DNA of 64,000 bases from Myxococcota bacterium (GTDB lineage: Bacteria; Myxococcota_A; UBA9160; SZUA-336), in the NCBI GenBank assembly GCA_965247115.1, contig CBDFGR010000003.1, forward strand, positions 896,001 through 960,000. The letters run 5' to 3'. A program made the translations under genes and the position numbers. Below the pieces are notes generated by a model. That model was given only the letters and a program-made list of their open reading frames with translations, was not told the DNA's origin and ran no database searches. Positions 11,128 through 21,030 of the stretch are shown one piece after another. The number at the start of each line of letters is the position of its first letter. The stretch's first letter is position 1.

Positions 11128-12894
11128 TTACCCTGTTGAGACCATTCGCTCAATTTCTAGAGGGAAACGCAGTCGCATTCGCTCCTCGACTCGGGCGCGT
11201 ATCTCCTCGGCGCTGCCCAGGTCGATGATGTTCGAGAGCAAGTCTCGCGCTTCTCTGGCCGTCGAGTCCCGAAGAATCTTCTTCAACAGCGGGATCGAGA
11301 AGGGCGCCATCGACAATTCGTCGATTCCGAGGGCCATCAAGATCCAGCTCTGCAGTGGATCGCCGGCCATCTCTCCACACATGGTGACGATGATGCCGGA
11401 GGCCCGGCCAGCGCGGCAAACGCGCTGGATCATGCGCAGGTTGGCAGGGTGGAGCGGCTCGTACAGATAGGCGACATGCTCGTTCGTGCGGTCTACCGCG
11501 AGCGTGTACTGGATGAGATCGTTCGTCCCGATCGAGAGGAAGTCCGCCTTCGGGGCGATGAGGTCGGCAATCATCGCCGCGGCTGGGGTTTCGATCATGA
11601 CGCCGAGCGGGACGTTCTCGTCGATCTCCACGCCTTCGGAGACGAGCTCTTCTTGTACCGAGGTCAGGACTTCTCGTGCGAAATCGATCTCGTCGAGACT
11701 CGAGACCATTGGCAACAGAATCTTCAGGCTACCGTAGCGGCTGGCCCGCAGGAGCGCGCGCAGCTGCGTCCGGAACACCTCGGGCCTCCCGACCGACATG
11801 CGCACCCCGCGTAGGCCCAGCGCGGGATTCGGCTCCTCCGCAAGCTCGAGTCCCGTCATCACCTTCTCGCCGCCGAGGTCGAGCGTGCGGATCACGGCGG
11901 CGTGCGGGGCGATCGCCTCGAGGATGCCGCGATAGGCCTCGAACTGCTCCTCCTCCGGGGGCAAGTCGCGCCGGTTCATGAACAAGAACTCGGTCCGGTA
12001 CAGACCGACGCCCTCCGCTCCGTAGCGCAGGGCGTCGGGGATCTCGCCGATCTGATCGATGTTCGCGAGCATGCCGACCCGCAGGCCGTCGCGCGTCTCG
12101 GCAGGCAGGTCCACGTAGCGCAACAGATCCCGGGCCAACGCTCGGTAGTCGGAGAGCTGCTTCTCGTACTCGGCCACGATCTCCGGGGCGGGATCGACGT
12201 GGATCCGACCGTTGCGACCGTCGAGAATCAGCGTCATCCCGTCGCTGAGCTCAGCGACCACGTCGCCGACACCGACGACCGCGGGAATCTCCAGCGTCCG
12301 GGCCATGATCGTCACGTGCGAGGTGCGCGAGCCCGCTTCGGTGACCAGCCCGGCTACCGTCTCCCGGGTCACTTGCGCGACCTCGCCAGGAGAGAGGTCT
12401 TCGGCGACGACGATCACGCCGGGAGGCGCGTTGCCGAGCCCTTCCGGCTCCCGGCCCATCAGTGCCTGCAGGACGCGCCGGACGACGAACCCGACATCGC
12501 GACCCCGCTCCTGAATGTAGGGGTCCGGAATCCTCTCGAACATGCGCTGCACGCTGCGAAGCTCGCGCTGCAGCGCCCACTCCGCGTTCAGCAGCCTGTC
12601 ACGAATGTTGCTGACGGCGTTCTCGATCAGCTGCGGGTCCTCGAGGAACAAGAACTGGGCCTCGAAGATCGTCCCCACGAGGCCCGTGGCTTCCAGACCT
12701 CCGCGAATCTCATTCAGCGTCTCACGGGTCTGTGCAAAGGCCCGGTGCAGGCGCTCGATCTCCCCCTCGACCTCTCGCGGGTCGAGCTGGCGCTCGGGGA
12801 TGATCAGTCTCTCGCGACGTAGGACGTACGCTGGCCCGATCGCGATCCCGGGAGACGCGGCCAGCCCACGCCGCTCGCCCGTGGCCTCACTCAC
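11128..12894 (-). CDS. ptsI: Phosphoenolpyruvate--protein phosphotransferase (PTS enzyme I, no GAF domain)
   Basis: GSRTSHVTI phospho-His motif, GLYRTEFLF, EPNPALGLRG, SIGTNDLIQY and MCGEMAG. Start GTG 12894 overlaps the HPr stop. Confidence 0.95.
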   Translation of the reverse strand: MSEATGERRGLAASPGIAIGPAYVLRRERLIIPERQLDPREVEGEIERLHRAFAQTRETLNEIRGGLEATGLVGTIFEAQFLFLEDPQLIENAVSNIRDRLLNAEWALQRELRSVQRMFERIPDPYIQERGRDVGFVVRRVLQALMGREPEGLGNAPPGVIVVAEDLSPGEVAQVTRETVAGLVTEAGSRTSHVTIMARTLEIPAVVGVGDVVAELSDGMTLILDGRNGRIHVDPAPEIVAEYEKQLSDYRALARDLLRYVDLPAETRDGLRVGMLANIDQIGEIPDALRYGAEGVGLYRTEFLFMNRRDLPPEEEQFEAYRGILEAIAPHAAVIRTLDLGGEKVMTGLELAEEPNPALGLRGVRMSVGRPEVFRTQLRALLRASRYGSLKILLPMVSSLDEIDFAREVLTSVQEELVSEGVEIDENVPLGVMIETPAAAMIADLIAPKADFLSIGTNDLIQYTLAVDRTNEHVAYLYEPLHPANLRMIQRVCRAGRASGIIVTMCGEMAGDPLQSWILMALGIDELSMAPFSIPLLKKILRDSTAREARDLLSNIIDLGSAEEIRARVEERMRLRFPLEIERMVSTG

Positions 12895-13166
12895 GCCTCT
12901 TCTCCGAAACGATCCTCGACCAGCGCCGCCAGTGCCTCGATCGCATCTTCGGCATCGTCGCCCTCTACGACGATACGGATGTGTGTTCCTCTTGGAGCGG
13001 CGAGCGTGACGAGCGCGATGATGCTCTTGCCGTTCGCCGAGACATCCCCTCGAGAGACCATCACGTCGCTCGAGAAACGCTCGGCAACTTTCACGAAGCC
13101 AGCCGCGGCACGCAGGTGAAGGCCCAGCTGGTTCTGGATCTCGCAGTCCGCCTCCGCCCGGCTCAC
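12891..13166 (-). CDS. ptsH: HPr phosphocarrier protein
   Basis: GLHLRAAA (His15) and NGKSII (Ser46). Confidence 0.94.
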   Translation of the reverse strand: MSRAEADCEIQNQLGLHLRAAAGFVKVAERFSSDVMVSRGDVSANGKSIIALVTLAAPRGTHIRIVVEGDDAEDAIEALAALVEDRFGEEA

Positions 13167-13588
13167 GACCTCCCCCCCGACTTCTCTGCACCTGAGAGGA
13201 TGTCGCTCGCAACCGAGATGTTGCGGCGCCCGTAGTCCCGCGCGAGCTCCGCCAGCTCGTGGAGCGGCAGCTCCTGGTTCTGGCGCGCGATCTTGACCAG
13301 CATCGGCAGGTTGAGCCCGGTGACGACCTCCACCTTCCCTTCCTCCAGAAAGGCGAGAGAGAGGTTCGACGGGGTCCCTCCGAACATGTCGACGGTCACC
13401 AGCACGCCTTCGCCGCTCTCCACCTCTCCGATGGCCTTCTCGATCCGTACCCTCATCTCTTCCGGGCTGCCGGACGTGGGGTCGAGACCGATGGCTCGTA
13501 CGTGGTCCAGCGTGCCGACGATCAGCTCGAGTGACTGCAGAAACTCTTCCGCCAGCCTGTAGTGGGTGACGATCACAACACCAATCAC
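13163..13588 (-). CDS. PTS EIIA, mannose/fructose type
   Basis: IGVVIVTH, VDMFGGTPSN and VVTGLNLPML motifs. Confidence 0.93.
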   Translation of the reverse strand: MIGVVIVTHYRLAEEFLQSLELIVGTLDHVRAIGLDPTSGSPEEMRVRIEKAIGEVESGEGVLVTVDMFGGTPSNLSLAFLEEGKVEVVTGLNLPMLVKIARQNQELPLHELAELARDYGRRNISVASDILSGAEKSGGRS

Positions 13589-14460
13589 AGCTGGTCCCTC
13601 CCCGCTCGTTCCACGTCTCGATGGCTCACCCGGACCCCGATTCTACGTTCTCGCAGATGACGGTCCAGCGCCCCGATCACGGCGACCGAGCGGTGCTGTC
13701 CCCCGGTGCAGCCAATGGCTACCCGCAGATGCGTCTTTCCCTCTTCCTCATAGAGCGGTAGCAGATAATCCAGAAACGCGAAAAAACGCTCCAGAAACGC
13801 CGCAGTGCGCTCGTTCTGGAGCACGAAGTCGGCCACCGGTCGGTCGAGTCCGGTCCCGTCGCGAAGCTCAGGTTCGAAGTTCGGGTTCGGCAGAAAACGG
13901 ACGTCGACCATCAGGTCGGCCAGCTCGGGAGCGCCGAAGCGAAAGCCGAACGAGAGCAGCTCGACCTGCATCGGGTTGCCGCGTTCTGTGCCGCTGAAAT
14001 GACGCGTCACGAACCGCTTGAGCTCGTGCACGCTCATCGCGCTCGTATCGAGGATCAGGTCCGCTCGCTTCGCGATCGGCGCCATGATCTCGCGATCGCG
14101 GGCAATGCCCTCGACGATCGGAGCCTGGGGCACGACGGGATGCACCCGCCGGGTCTCGACGTAGCGGCGCGCGAGCACCTGATCCTCGGCATCGAGAAAG
14201 AGCAGCTGGGTCGAGATACTCCTGGCACCGAGCCGCTCGTAGACCTCCGGGAAGGCACCAAGAAAGTCGCGGTCGCGGACGTCGACAGCGACCGCCAGAC
14301 GGCGGGCCCGCTCGCTGAACAACTCCACGAAGCGCTCGATCAAGACGACAGGCAGGTTGTCGACGCAGTAGAACCCGATGTCCTCGAGCGCCTTCATCGC
14401 TGTCGTACGCCCCGCTCCCGAAAGGCCGGAGACGATGACGAGCGAGGTGGTGTCGGTCAC
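13585..14460 (-). CDS. rapZ: RNase adapter RapZ
   Basis: GLSGAGRTT, CVDNLP, SFGFRFG, DVRFLPNP and IGCTGGQHRSV motifs. Confidence 0.94.
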   Translation of the reverse strand: MTDTTSLVIVSGLSGAGRTTAMKALEDIGFYCVDNLPVVLIERFVELFSERARRLAVAVDVRDRDFLGAFPEVYERLGARSISTQLLFLDAEDQVLARRYVETRRVHPVVPQAPIVEGIARDREIMAPIAKRADLILDTSAMSVHELKRFVTRHFSGTERGNPMQVELLSFGFRFGAPELADLMVDVRFLPNPNFEPELRDGTGLDRPVADFVLQNERTAAFLERFFAFLDYLLPLYEEEGKTHLRVAIGCTGGQHRSVAVIGALDRHLRERRIGVRVSHRDVERAGRDQL

Positions 14461-15002
14461 GAAGCGCCCCGCTTGAGAAGGGCAGTCACGCGCGCATCAA
14501 GATCGCGGGCCCCGCTGCGGCCGGCCTGGCGCAGCGAGTGGGCCCGAGCCGCGACCTCGATGAGCAGGGCAATGTTCCGGCCGGGAGCGACCGGCAGCGT
14601 AACCGCGGCAATCTCGAAGCCTGCTACGCGGAGCGTGTCCTGATCGAGTCCCACTCGCTCGACCTCCGCGTCGTTCCAGTCGGATAGCTGAACGACGAGG
14701 TCGATGCGCGCCTGCTCCGCAACGGACGCCTCGCCGAACAGACTCGGCACGTAGACGATCCCAATGCCACGAAGCTCGAGGTAGTGTCGAACGAGCTCGT
14801 GACTCCGACCCACCGGAGCTCCCGAGTCGTCGGCCAGGACCAAAACCACGTCGTCGGCGACGAGTCGGTTGCCGCGCGTAACGAGCTCGAGCGCTGCCTC
14901 GCTCTTCCCGATGCCGCTCTTACCCAACAGCAGGACACCCACGCCACCCACCTCGACGAGGCTTCCGTGAATGCGCTCAGCAGCGCTGGTAGGCTCGGCC
15001 AT
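14457..15002 (-). CDS. hprK: HPr kinase/phosphorylase, catalytic domain only
   Basis: HGSLV..GVGVLLLGKSGIGKSE, LVADDVV, LELRGIGI and PVAPGRN motifs; about 181 aa. Confidence 0.88.
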   Translation of the reverse strand: MAEPTSAAERIHGSLVEVGGVGVLLLGKSGIGKSEAALELVTRGNRLVADDVVLVLADDSGAPVGRSHELVRHYLELRGIGIVYVPSLFGEASVAEQARIDLVVQLSDWNDAEVERVGLDQDTLRVAGFEIAAVTLPVAPGRNIALLIEVAARAHSLRQAGRSGARDLDARVTALLKRGAS

Positions 15003-15048
15003 CGAGTGCTGCAGTCCCCCAGCTCGGACCGTTGGGGCAGAACACCGT

Positions 15049-15516
15049 CTACTCCTTCGACTCCTCCTCCTCGAAGGCACGGAAGAGCTCGTCCGTGGAA
15101 TCGAGGTCGAGAAGTCGGGTCCGGAAGTCGTCCTCGGTCATGAGTCGCGAGATGTGCGCCAGCGTCAATAGATGGGCACTGCCTTCCTTGCCAGGGGCAA
15201 CGAGCACAAAGAAGAGGTGTGTCCGCTTGCCGTCGATGGAGTCGAAGTCGACGCCGTGACGGCTGCGACCAAAGCTCGCGAGGAGGCGGTCAAGTGACTC
15301 CATGCGCGCGTGCGGTATTGCGACCCCGTCGCCCATGGCCGTCGTACCAAGCTGCTCGCGCTCGAGAAGCATGTTGAGCAGTGCGGCTCCGTCCAGGCCG
15401 TCGGAACCGCGGGCGAGCGCATCAGCCAGCTCGCGCAGCGCTTCCTTCTTGGTTTGCGCTGTCATGTCGGGGAGGCAGGCATCGCGCACGAGAATATCTG
15501 TGAGCTTCATGGGCAC
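15049..15516 (-). CDS. ptsN: PTS EIIA(Ntr)
   Basis: REQLGTTAMGDGVAIPH and GVDFDSIDG motifs; downstream of rpoN. Confidence 0.92.
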   Translation of the reverse strand: MPMKLTDILVRDACLPDMTAQTKKEALRELADALARGSDGLDGAALLNMLLEREQLGTTAMGDGVAIPHARMESLDRLLASFGRSRHGVDFDSIDGKRTHLFFVLVAPGKEGSAHLLTLAHISRLMTEDDFRTRLLDLDSTDELFRAFEEEESKE

Positions 15517-15545
15517 TCTCCCGATGCAAACGCGAGCCAGTCAGT

Positions 15546-17027
15546 TTAGCCGATCTCTTTGCGTTTTGTCGAAGCGAGGATGCGCAGCGCTTCGCGATAT
15601 TTTGTCACCGTTCGCCGCGCAATGTGAATCTCAGACACTTTCAGTACTTCCGCGATTTTTTGATCCGATAGCGGGTTTCGCGGATCTTCCGCTTTGATGA
15701 TCTTGGCGATCTTCTCTTTCACGCTTTCCGACGCTATGCCGTCGCCGTTGGAGGTGCGGATGCTCGAGTTGAAAAAGAATTTCAGCTCGAACACACCATG
15801 GGGCGTCTGGACGTATTTGTTGGTCGTCACTCGGCTTACCGTGGATTCATGCATGCCGATGTCATCCGCCACGTCACGCAAGTTCAGGGGGCGGAGGAAC
15901 TCCTGGCCGCGGTCGAAGAACGAACGCTGAAAGCGCAGGATTGACTCCATCACCTTGGAGATCGTGCGCTGCCGCTGGTGGATCGACTTGATCAGCCACT
16001 GCGCGGAGCGGAGCTTCTCGCGCACGTACTCCTTTGTCTCCTTGCTCTCCCCGCCCCCGCGCAACACCGAGCGGTACGCGTTGCTCACCTTGAGGCGCGG
16101 CAGCCCGTCTTCGTTCAGCACCACGTGATACTCGTCGGCGACCTTCTGTACGAAGATGTCTGGCGTGATGTAGATCGGCTCCTTGAGCCCTGCGATCACC
16201 TCCTCGTCCACGAACTGCTGACCCGGGCGTGGCTCGAAGTTGCCGATCAGCCGAGCGGCTTCGGCGACCTCCTCTACGCTCACCTCCTCGATGCGGCCGA
16301 TCCCTCGATAGTCCTTGCGCTGCAGCAGGTCCAGATGGTCCCCGACAATCTTCGTTGCGAGGGGGTGGTTCACCCCGAGCAAACGCATCTGGACGAGCAA
16401 GCACTCCGAGAGATCGACGGATGCGACACCGACCGGATCGAACTCCTGGATCCTGTGCCTGACCCGCTCCACGTCTTCGACCGGGGCGCCGACCTCCTCC
16501 GCGATCGCTTCCACCTTCTCCTGCAGGTAGCCGTCTCCGTTCAGATTTCCGACGATCAAGGTCCCGATCTCGCGCTCCTGCTCGGTGAGATCCGCAAGTC
16601 CGAGCTGCCAGATCAGGTGGTCCGCGAGAGAGACGCCAGGAGTGAGGTTCGCTTCGAGGGACGGCCGATCGTCGGGTCCCTGGGCACGGCTCGTGAGCGG
16701 CCGGGACTCGATGTAGTTCTCCCAGTCGACGTCGCTGATGAGCTCGTCTGCGGATGGCTCGTTCGTCTCCGCGGCCGGATCGGCCGACTCCACGGGCTCG
16801 GCCTCGGACGAGGGGGTCTCCTCGCGCGCGGACTGCTCCTCGGACTCGGCACTCTCCTCGTCCACGGCCTCCTCCAGGACGGGGTTCTCCACCAGCTCCT
16901 GCTGGATGTTGGTCTGGAGCTCGAGCCGGGACAGCTGCAGCAGCTTGATCGCCTGCTGCAGCTGGGGCGTCATGACCAGCTGCTGGCTCAGCTTGAGGTT
17001 GAGTTTGAGCTCGAGCGAGAGTGCCAT
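15546..17027 (-). CDS. rpoN: RNA polymerase sigma-54 factor
   Basis: MTPQLQQAIKLLQL, HESTVSRVT and the RpoN box ARRTVTKYRE. Confidence 0.98.
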   Translation of the reverse strand: MALSLELKLNLKLSQQLVMTPQLQQAIKLLQLSRLELQTNIQQELVENPVLEEAVDEESAESEEQSAREETPSSEAEPVESADPAAETNEPSADELISDVDWENYIESRPLTSRAQGPDDRPSLEANLTPGVSLADHLIWQLGLADLTEQEREIGTLIVGNLNGDGYLQEKVEAIAEEVGAPVEDVERVRHRIQEFDPVGVASVDLSECLLVQMRLLGVNHPLATKIVGDHLDLLQRKDYRGIGRIEEVSVEEVAEAARLIGNFEPRPGQQFVDEEVIAGLKEPIYITPDIFVQKVADEYHVVLNEDGLPRLKVSNAYRSVLRGGGESKETKEYVREKLRSAQWLIKSIHQRQRTISKVMESILRFQRSFFDRGQEFLRPLNLRDVADDIGMHESTVSRVTTNKYVQTPHGVFELKFFFNSSIRTSNGDGIASESVKEKIAKIIKAEDPRNPLSDQKIAEVLKVSEIHIARRTVTKYREALRILASTKRKEIG

Positions 17028-17032
17028 CAGAG

Positions 17033-17758
17033 TTACAGCCTGAAGTCCTGACCCAGGTAGATCTCGCGCACCGTCGGATCTCCGGTGATCTCGTCCGGTG
17101 TTCCCTCACGAATGATCCGCCCATCCTTGATGATGTAGGCCCGATCGCAGATCGAGAGCGTGTCGCGAACGTTGTGGTCCGTGATGACGATTCCAATGCC
17201 CCGTTCACGCAGCTGGGCGATGATCTTCTGGATGTCGATGACGGCGATGGGATCGATACCGGAGAAGGGCTCGTCCAGCAGCATGAAGCGCGGTTCCAGC
17301 ACGAGCGCACGCGTGATCTCCACGCGACGACGCTCCCCACCGGAGAGCGTCGCTCCCTTCTGCTTGCGCTTGTCGAGCAACTCGAGCTCAGCCAGAAGGC
17401 GATCGAGCCGTTCCCGTCGCTCTCGGCGGGCCATGGGAAGCGTCTCGAGAATCGCCAGGATGTTCTCCTCTACGCTGAGCTTTCGAAAGATCGAAGGCTC
17501 CTGGGGCAGATACGTGATCCCCCGCCGGGCTCTCTGATACATCGGCAGATCGGTCACTTCTTCATCACCCAGAAACACACAGCCCGAGCTGGGTCGGACT
17601 CTGCCCACCATCATGTCGAACGTCGTGGTCTTTCCGGCTCCATTGGGACCGAGCAGGCCGACGATTTCTCCGGCGGCAACGGCGAGGCGAACGTCGCGTA
17701 CCGCCGGCTTCTGTCCATAGCTCTTGCACAGGTTCCGCGCGTGAAGGGTCGAGATCAC
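17033..17758 (-). CDS. lptB: LPS export ABC transporter ATPase
   Basis: [36 protein letters not shown] and ITDHNVR; upstream of rpoN. Confidence 0.96.
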   Translation of the reverse strand: MISTLHARNLCKSYGQKPAVRDVRLAVAAGEIVGLLGPNGAGKTTTFDMMVGRVRPSSGCVFLGDEEVTDLPMYQRARRGITYLPQEPSIFRKLSVEENILAILETLPMARRERRERLDRLLAELELLDKRKQKGATLSGGERRRVEITRALVLEPRFMLLDEPFSGIDPIAVIDIQKIIAQLRERGIGIVITDHNVRDTLSICDRAYIIKDGRIIREGTPDEITGDPTVREIYLGQDFRL

Positions 17759-18282
17759 TCTCCCTCCTCTTCCGAGCGCACCTCGACCTCCACCCTACCG
17801 GAGGCGCGGAACTTTCCCGTCTGGAGATCGAAGTAGATCCGGTCCGCACGGATGGTGTCCTCGCCGCGGCGCAGACGTGACTTGCCACCCTCGGTCGTGC
17901 ACTCCGCGGTCTGCTTCACGTTGTCGAAGATCGCCTCGGTGCAGATCGCCTCCCGTCCCGTCTGGAGGATCCGGACCGAGCCCCGCGCCGTAATCCTGTC
18001 CGCCTGGCCGCCGGCGGTTTCCGGATATATGGCCTCGAGCCAGTCGCAGAACACCTCAAGCTCGCCCTGCTCCACATGCACGTTCTGCGTGAAGATGATC
18101 CGTTCCGCTCCGCTCTCGTCACGCAGCGCCTCGAGCTCGTCCGAGGTGATCTTCATGGGAGCACCGCTATCTAGCTGGACGCCGAGACGCTCGATGCCTG
18201 CAGTCGCAGCCTTCTCGTCCGCGAGCACACTCGATGGCAGCGCAAGGCAGAGCAGCAGTGAGGCAACGCGTGCTGCGCTCAT
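17755..18282 (-). CDS. lptA: LptA/OstA-family periplasmic protein
   Basis: Signal peptide, ITSDELE...[11 protein letters not shown] beta-jellyroll pattern; synteny with lptB. Confidence 0.82.
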   Translation of the reverse strand: MSAARVASLLLCLALPSSVLADEKAATAGIERLGVQLDSGAPMKITSDELEALRDESGAERIIFTQNVHVEQGELEVFCDWLEAIYPETAGGQADRITARGSVRILQTGREAICTEAIFDNVKQTAECTTEGGKSRLRRGEDTIRADRIYFDLQTGKFRASGRVEVEVRSEEEGE

Positions 18283-18905
18283 CTCTGCTCTGCCGTACGA
18301 GCTGGGTCCCCTGCACCGACGAGGGCCTCCACCTTGCCCGTCAGGACTATGCGGCGGTCTTCCAGGTCGAACTCCATCCCGTCTGCGTAGAGCTGCATGT
18401 TCGAGCGATCGAGGCGGACGGGATCCACCGCCCGGAGCGACTTTCCGTCGCGCCGGTACTCCAGCGTGGCGGTCAAGAACCGATCGCCGAGCGCGGTGCG
18501 GCCCTCGACGCCTCCGCTCAAGAAAAAGTCCTCGGTGTCGAGGTCGAGCGTCCCCCGCTCGGCCTGGATCTCGACCCGCCCACGCCGCTCATCGCTGAAG
18601 CCGATGTTCACGCCACGGAGCACGGCGACCCGCTCTTCCGTGTCGATCCGCGCCTCGGCTGCGCGCACTTCGGCGTCTCGGATGCCGCCGCTGAAGCCCT
18701 CGAAGATGACGCCGCGGAGCTCCGCGGGGGGGAGCCCGGCCGGCACGCCGACACGCGAGGCCCCCAGCTCCTCGATCCCGCAGCCCGCCAGAAGGGCGCA
18801 CAGGACCGCAAGATTTCCGAGACGGATCGGGGAGATAGGCAGAGCGTACGTCCTTTCTCGACAGCTACTCGGCCGCTGATCCGTGCCGGGCCCGCTCGGT
18901 GGCAA
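18279..18905 (-). CDS. lptC: LPS export protein LptC (start uncertain)
   Basis: Beta-rich periplasmic pattern (IQAERG...LSGGV...ADGMEFDL); lptC-lptA-lptB order. Confidence 0.75.
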   Translation of the reverse strand: MPPSGPGTDQRPSSCRERTYALPISPIRLGNLAVLCALLAGCGIEELGASRVGVPAGLPPAELRGVIFEGFSGGIRDAEVRAAEARIDTEERVAVLRGVNIGFSDERRGRVEIQAERGTLDLDTEDFFLSGGVEGRTALGDRFLTATLEYRRDGKSLRAVDPVRLDRSNMQLYADGMEFDLEDRRIVLTGKVEALVGAGDPARTAEQR

Positions 18906-18966
18906 GAAACATACCGCTGGTCAAAACCTACCCGCAACCTGGACCCGCGAGTGGACCAGAGCTAGC

Positions 18967-19251
18967 TCAATCTTCCGCGCCCGTAGCGGCCTGCGGCGGC
19001 TCTGGGGCCTGCGACGACTGCGGGGGGAGCGGCTTGAAGCCGAACAACGCCCGCAGGGCTTCCGTCTGCCCGAGCGACCAGGCAGGTCTGAAGATCAGCC
19101 GGTCGAGCGTCACGCCCACCGGGTAGAGGACGTAAGCAATGATCTGGAGTGGGTGGCCGGCGCGGCGCGGGTTGTACTCGTCGGCCCCCGCTGTCGCGGG
19201 TAGGCACGCGATCATCAGAAGCAGGCAGAGAGTCGCGAGTGTTGTCTTCAT
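18967..19251 (-). CDS. Small exported hypothetical protein
   Basis: Signal-peptide-like N-terminus; start overlaps the greB stop. Confidence 0.65.
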   Translation of the reverse strand: MKTTLATLCLLLMIACLPATAGADEYNPRRAGHPLQIIAYVLYPVGVTLDRLIFRPAWSLGQTEALRALFGFKPLPPQSSQAPEPPQAATGAED

Positions 19252-19766
19252 CGGGTCTGGGCTCCCTCGCCGGAGTTCTCGTCTACACCCGGCTCTTCGT
19301 ATGAAATCTCGAGGATCGTGAAGGTCCTACGACCGGCGGGGCGCGCTGCCGCCACCTCGTCGCCCTCCTCCTTCCCGATGAGGACGCGTCCCACGGGCGA
19401 TTCGATGCTGATCAGGCCACGAGCGACGTCGGTCTCGTCAGGGCCGACGAGCCGGTAGCGCACCTCCTCGCCTGCTTGATCCAGCAAGCGGACCCAGGCA
19501 CCAAAGTAGACGCGATCCTCCGCCACGTCGCCTGGTTTGACTACGGTGAGCTCGTCGAGGCGCTTTGACAAGAAACGCAGCCGGGCGTCGATCTCGCGCA
19601 GGCGCTTTTTTCCGTAGATGTACTCCGCGTTCTCTGATCGATCTCCGTGCGCGGCAGCGACCTGCACCTCCTTTGTCACCTTGGGTCGCTCGACCTTCCA
19701 GAGCCGGCCGTGCTCCTCGCGGAGCATCTGAAAGCCCTCCGGGGTGATGCAACGGCTCGTCGACAT
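19248..19766 (-). CDS. greB: Transcription elongation factor GreB
   Basis: ITPEG, LWKVERPKV, GDRSENAEYIYGKKRLREID and ISIESPVG motifs. Confidence 0.94.
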   Translation of the reverse strand: MSTSRCITPEGFQMLREEHGRLWKVERPKVTKEVQVAAAHGDRSENAEYIYGKKRLREIDARLRFLSKRLDELTVVKPGDVAEDRVYFGAWVRLLDQAGEEVRYRLVGPDETDVARGLISIESPVGRVLIGKEEGDEVAAARPAGRRTFTILEISYEEPGVDENSGEGAQTR

Positions 19767-19833
19767 GCCGGCACCAAGATGACGCGCTCACCCCGGCTTG
19801 TCACCTGTGGCGGGGCCGTGCCATGCTCGTTCC

Positions 19834-20739
19834 ATGCTTCCCGCGCTCCACGCAGGACTGGCCCTCGTGGTGGTCACCCTCCTCGCTCCATTGCAGACCC
19901 ACGCGCAGGATTTCGACGACGTCGAGATCCGAACGACGCAGCTCGCGGACGGCATCTACATGCTCGAGGGTTCGGGGGGCAACATCGGGGTGAGCGTGGG
20001 GCCAGACGGGGTATTCCTGATCGATGATCAGTATGCCCCGCTCGCGGAGAAGATCCGCGCGGCCGTGGCAGAGCTCGACGACGGGCCGATCCGATTCCTG
20101 CTGAACACTCACGTGCACGGGGATCACGTGGGGGGCAACGAGAACTTTGGCGACGGGGGCACGGTCATCCTCGCGCACAGAAACGTGCGACGACGCATGA
20201 GCGTTGCGCAGTTTGTGGGAAATCTCGACCGCGAGGCGCCCGCGGCGCCAGCAGCGGCCCTCCCCGTTGTCACGTTTGAGGACAGCGTAACGCTTCACTT
20301 CAACGGACAGGCCATCCGCGTCATACACCTCCCGTCGGCCCACACAGACGGCGACTCGATCGTGCACTTCCCCGACTCGGACGTCCTGCACATGGGCGAC
20401 GTGCTGTTCAGCGCGACGTACCCGTTCGTCGACCTCGAGAGCGGTGGATCTGTCGAAGGAGTGATCGCAGCTACGGAGCGCGGGCTCGAGATCGCGGGAG
20501 AGGACACGAAGGTCATCCCGGGCCACGGTCCGTTAATTGGCCGCTCGGAGCTGCAGGCATACCGATCCATGCTCATCACGGTGCGCGACCGTGTGCTGTG
20601 GGCGATCGCCGACGGACAGAGCGTAGATCAGCTGATCGCCTCGAACCCGCTAGAAGACCTGGACCCCACGTGGGCCGGCGGCGAGCCAGCTAGGGCCGAA
20701 CGCACGCTACGAGCCTTCTACGCCGATCTCTCCCAGTAA
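19834..20739 (+). CDS. Exported MBL-fold metallo-hydrolase
   Basis: THVHGDHVGGN, AHTDGD, HMGD and IPGHG motifs; signal peptide. Confidence 0.9.
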   Translation: MLPALHAGLALVVVTLLAPLQTHAQDFDDVEIRTTQLADGIYMLEGSGGNIGVSVGPDGVFLIDDQYAPLAEKIRAAVAELDDGPIRFLLNTHVHGDHVGGNENFGDGGTVILAHRNVRRRMSVAQFVGNLDREAPAAPAAALPVVTFEDSVTLHFNGQAIRVIHLPSAHTDGDSIVHFPDSDVLHMGDVLFSATYPFVDLESGGSVEGVIAATERGLEIAGEDTKVIPGHGPLIGRSELQAYRSMLITVRDRVLWAIADGQSVDQLIASNPLEDLDPTWAGGEPARAERTLRAFYADLSQ

Positions 20740-21030
20740 GTCTTGCGAGACCCGGCCTGCCTTGTGGGTCCCGGCCTGCCTTGTGGGTCCCGGCCTGCCT
20801 TGTGGGTCCCGGCCCGCGGGCGGCCGCGGGCCACCCACCTACGTTCGCCTACGGCTCACTGCGCGCCGCACCTTCGGCGCGGCTTGCGGCAGATCGAACA
20901 GGATGGGCACCTATGCAAGCGTCGCGGAACGCGGCGCGCGCAGCGAAGGCCGGAGGCCTGAGCGAAGGTGGGTGGCGCGCGACCGCTCGCGCGCCGGGTC
21001 CCACGAGGCAGGCGCCGGGTCCCACAAGAC
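20740..21030. mobile_element. 291-bp palindromic non-coding element (MITE- or REPIN-like)
   Basis: Left end GTCTTGCGAGACCCGGC versus reverse complement of right end GTCTTGTGGGACCCGGC (15/17). TAA on both flanks (20737-20739, 21031-21033). Internal arms are also complementary. Confidence 0.7.
20751..20814 (+). repeat. Tandem 19-bp repeat CCCGGCCTGCCTTGTGGGT x3 plus a partial copy
   Basis: Exact units at 20751, 20770 and 20789; two related inverted units at about 20993-21030. Confidence 0.95.

Noticed and set aside
15874..17340. Long alternative-frame or antisense ORFs (also 29276-31021, 33969-35381, 39261-40475)
   Set aside because: Low-complexity or shadow translations overlapping well-supported genes, as expected in high-GC DNA.
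20751..20814. 19-bp repeats as a mini CRISPR array
   Set aside because: The units are directly adjacent with no spacers.
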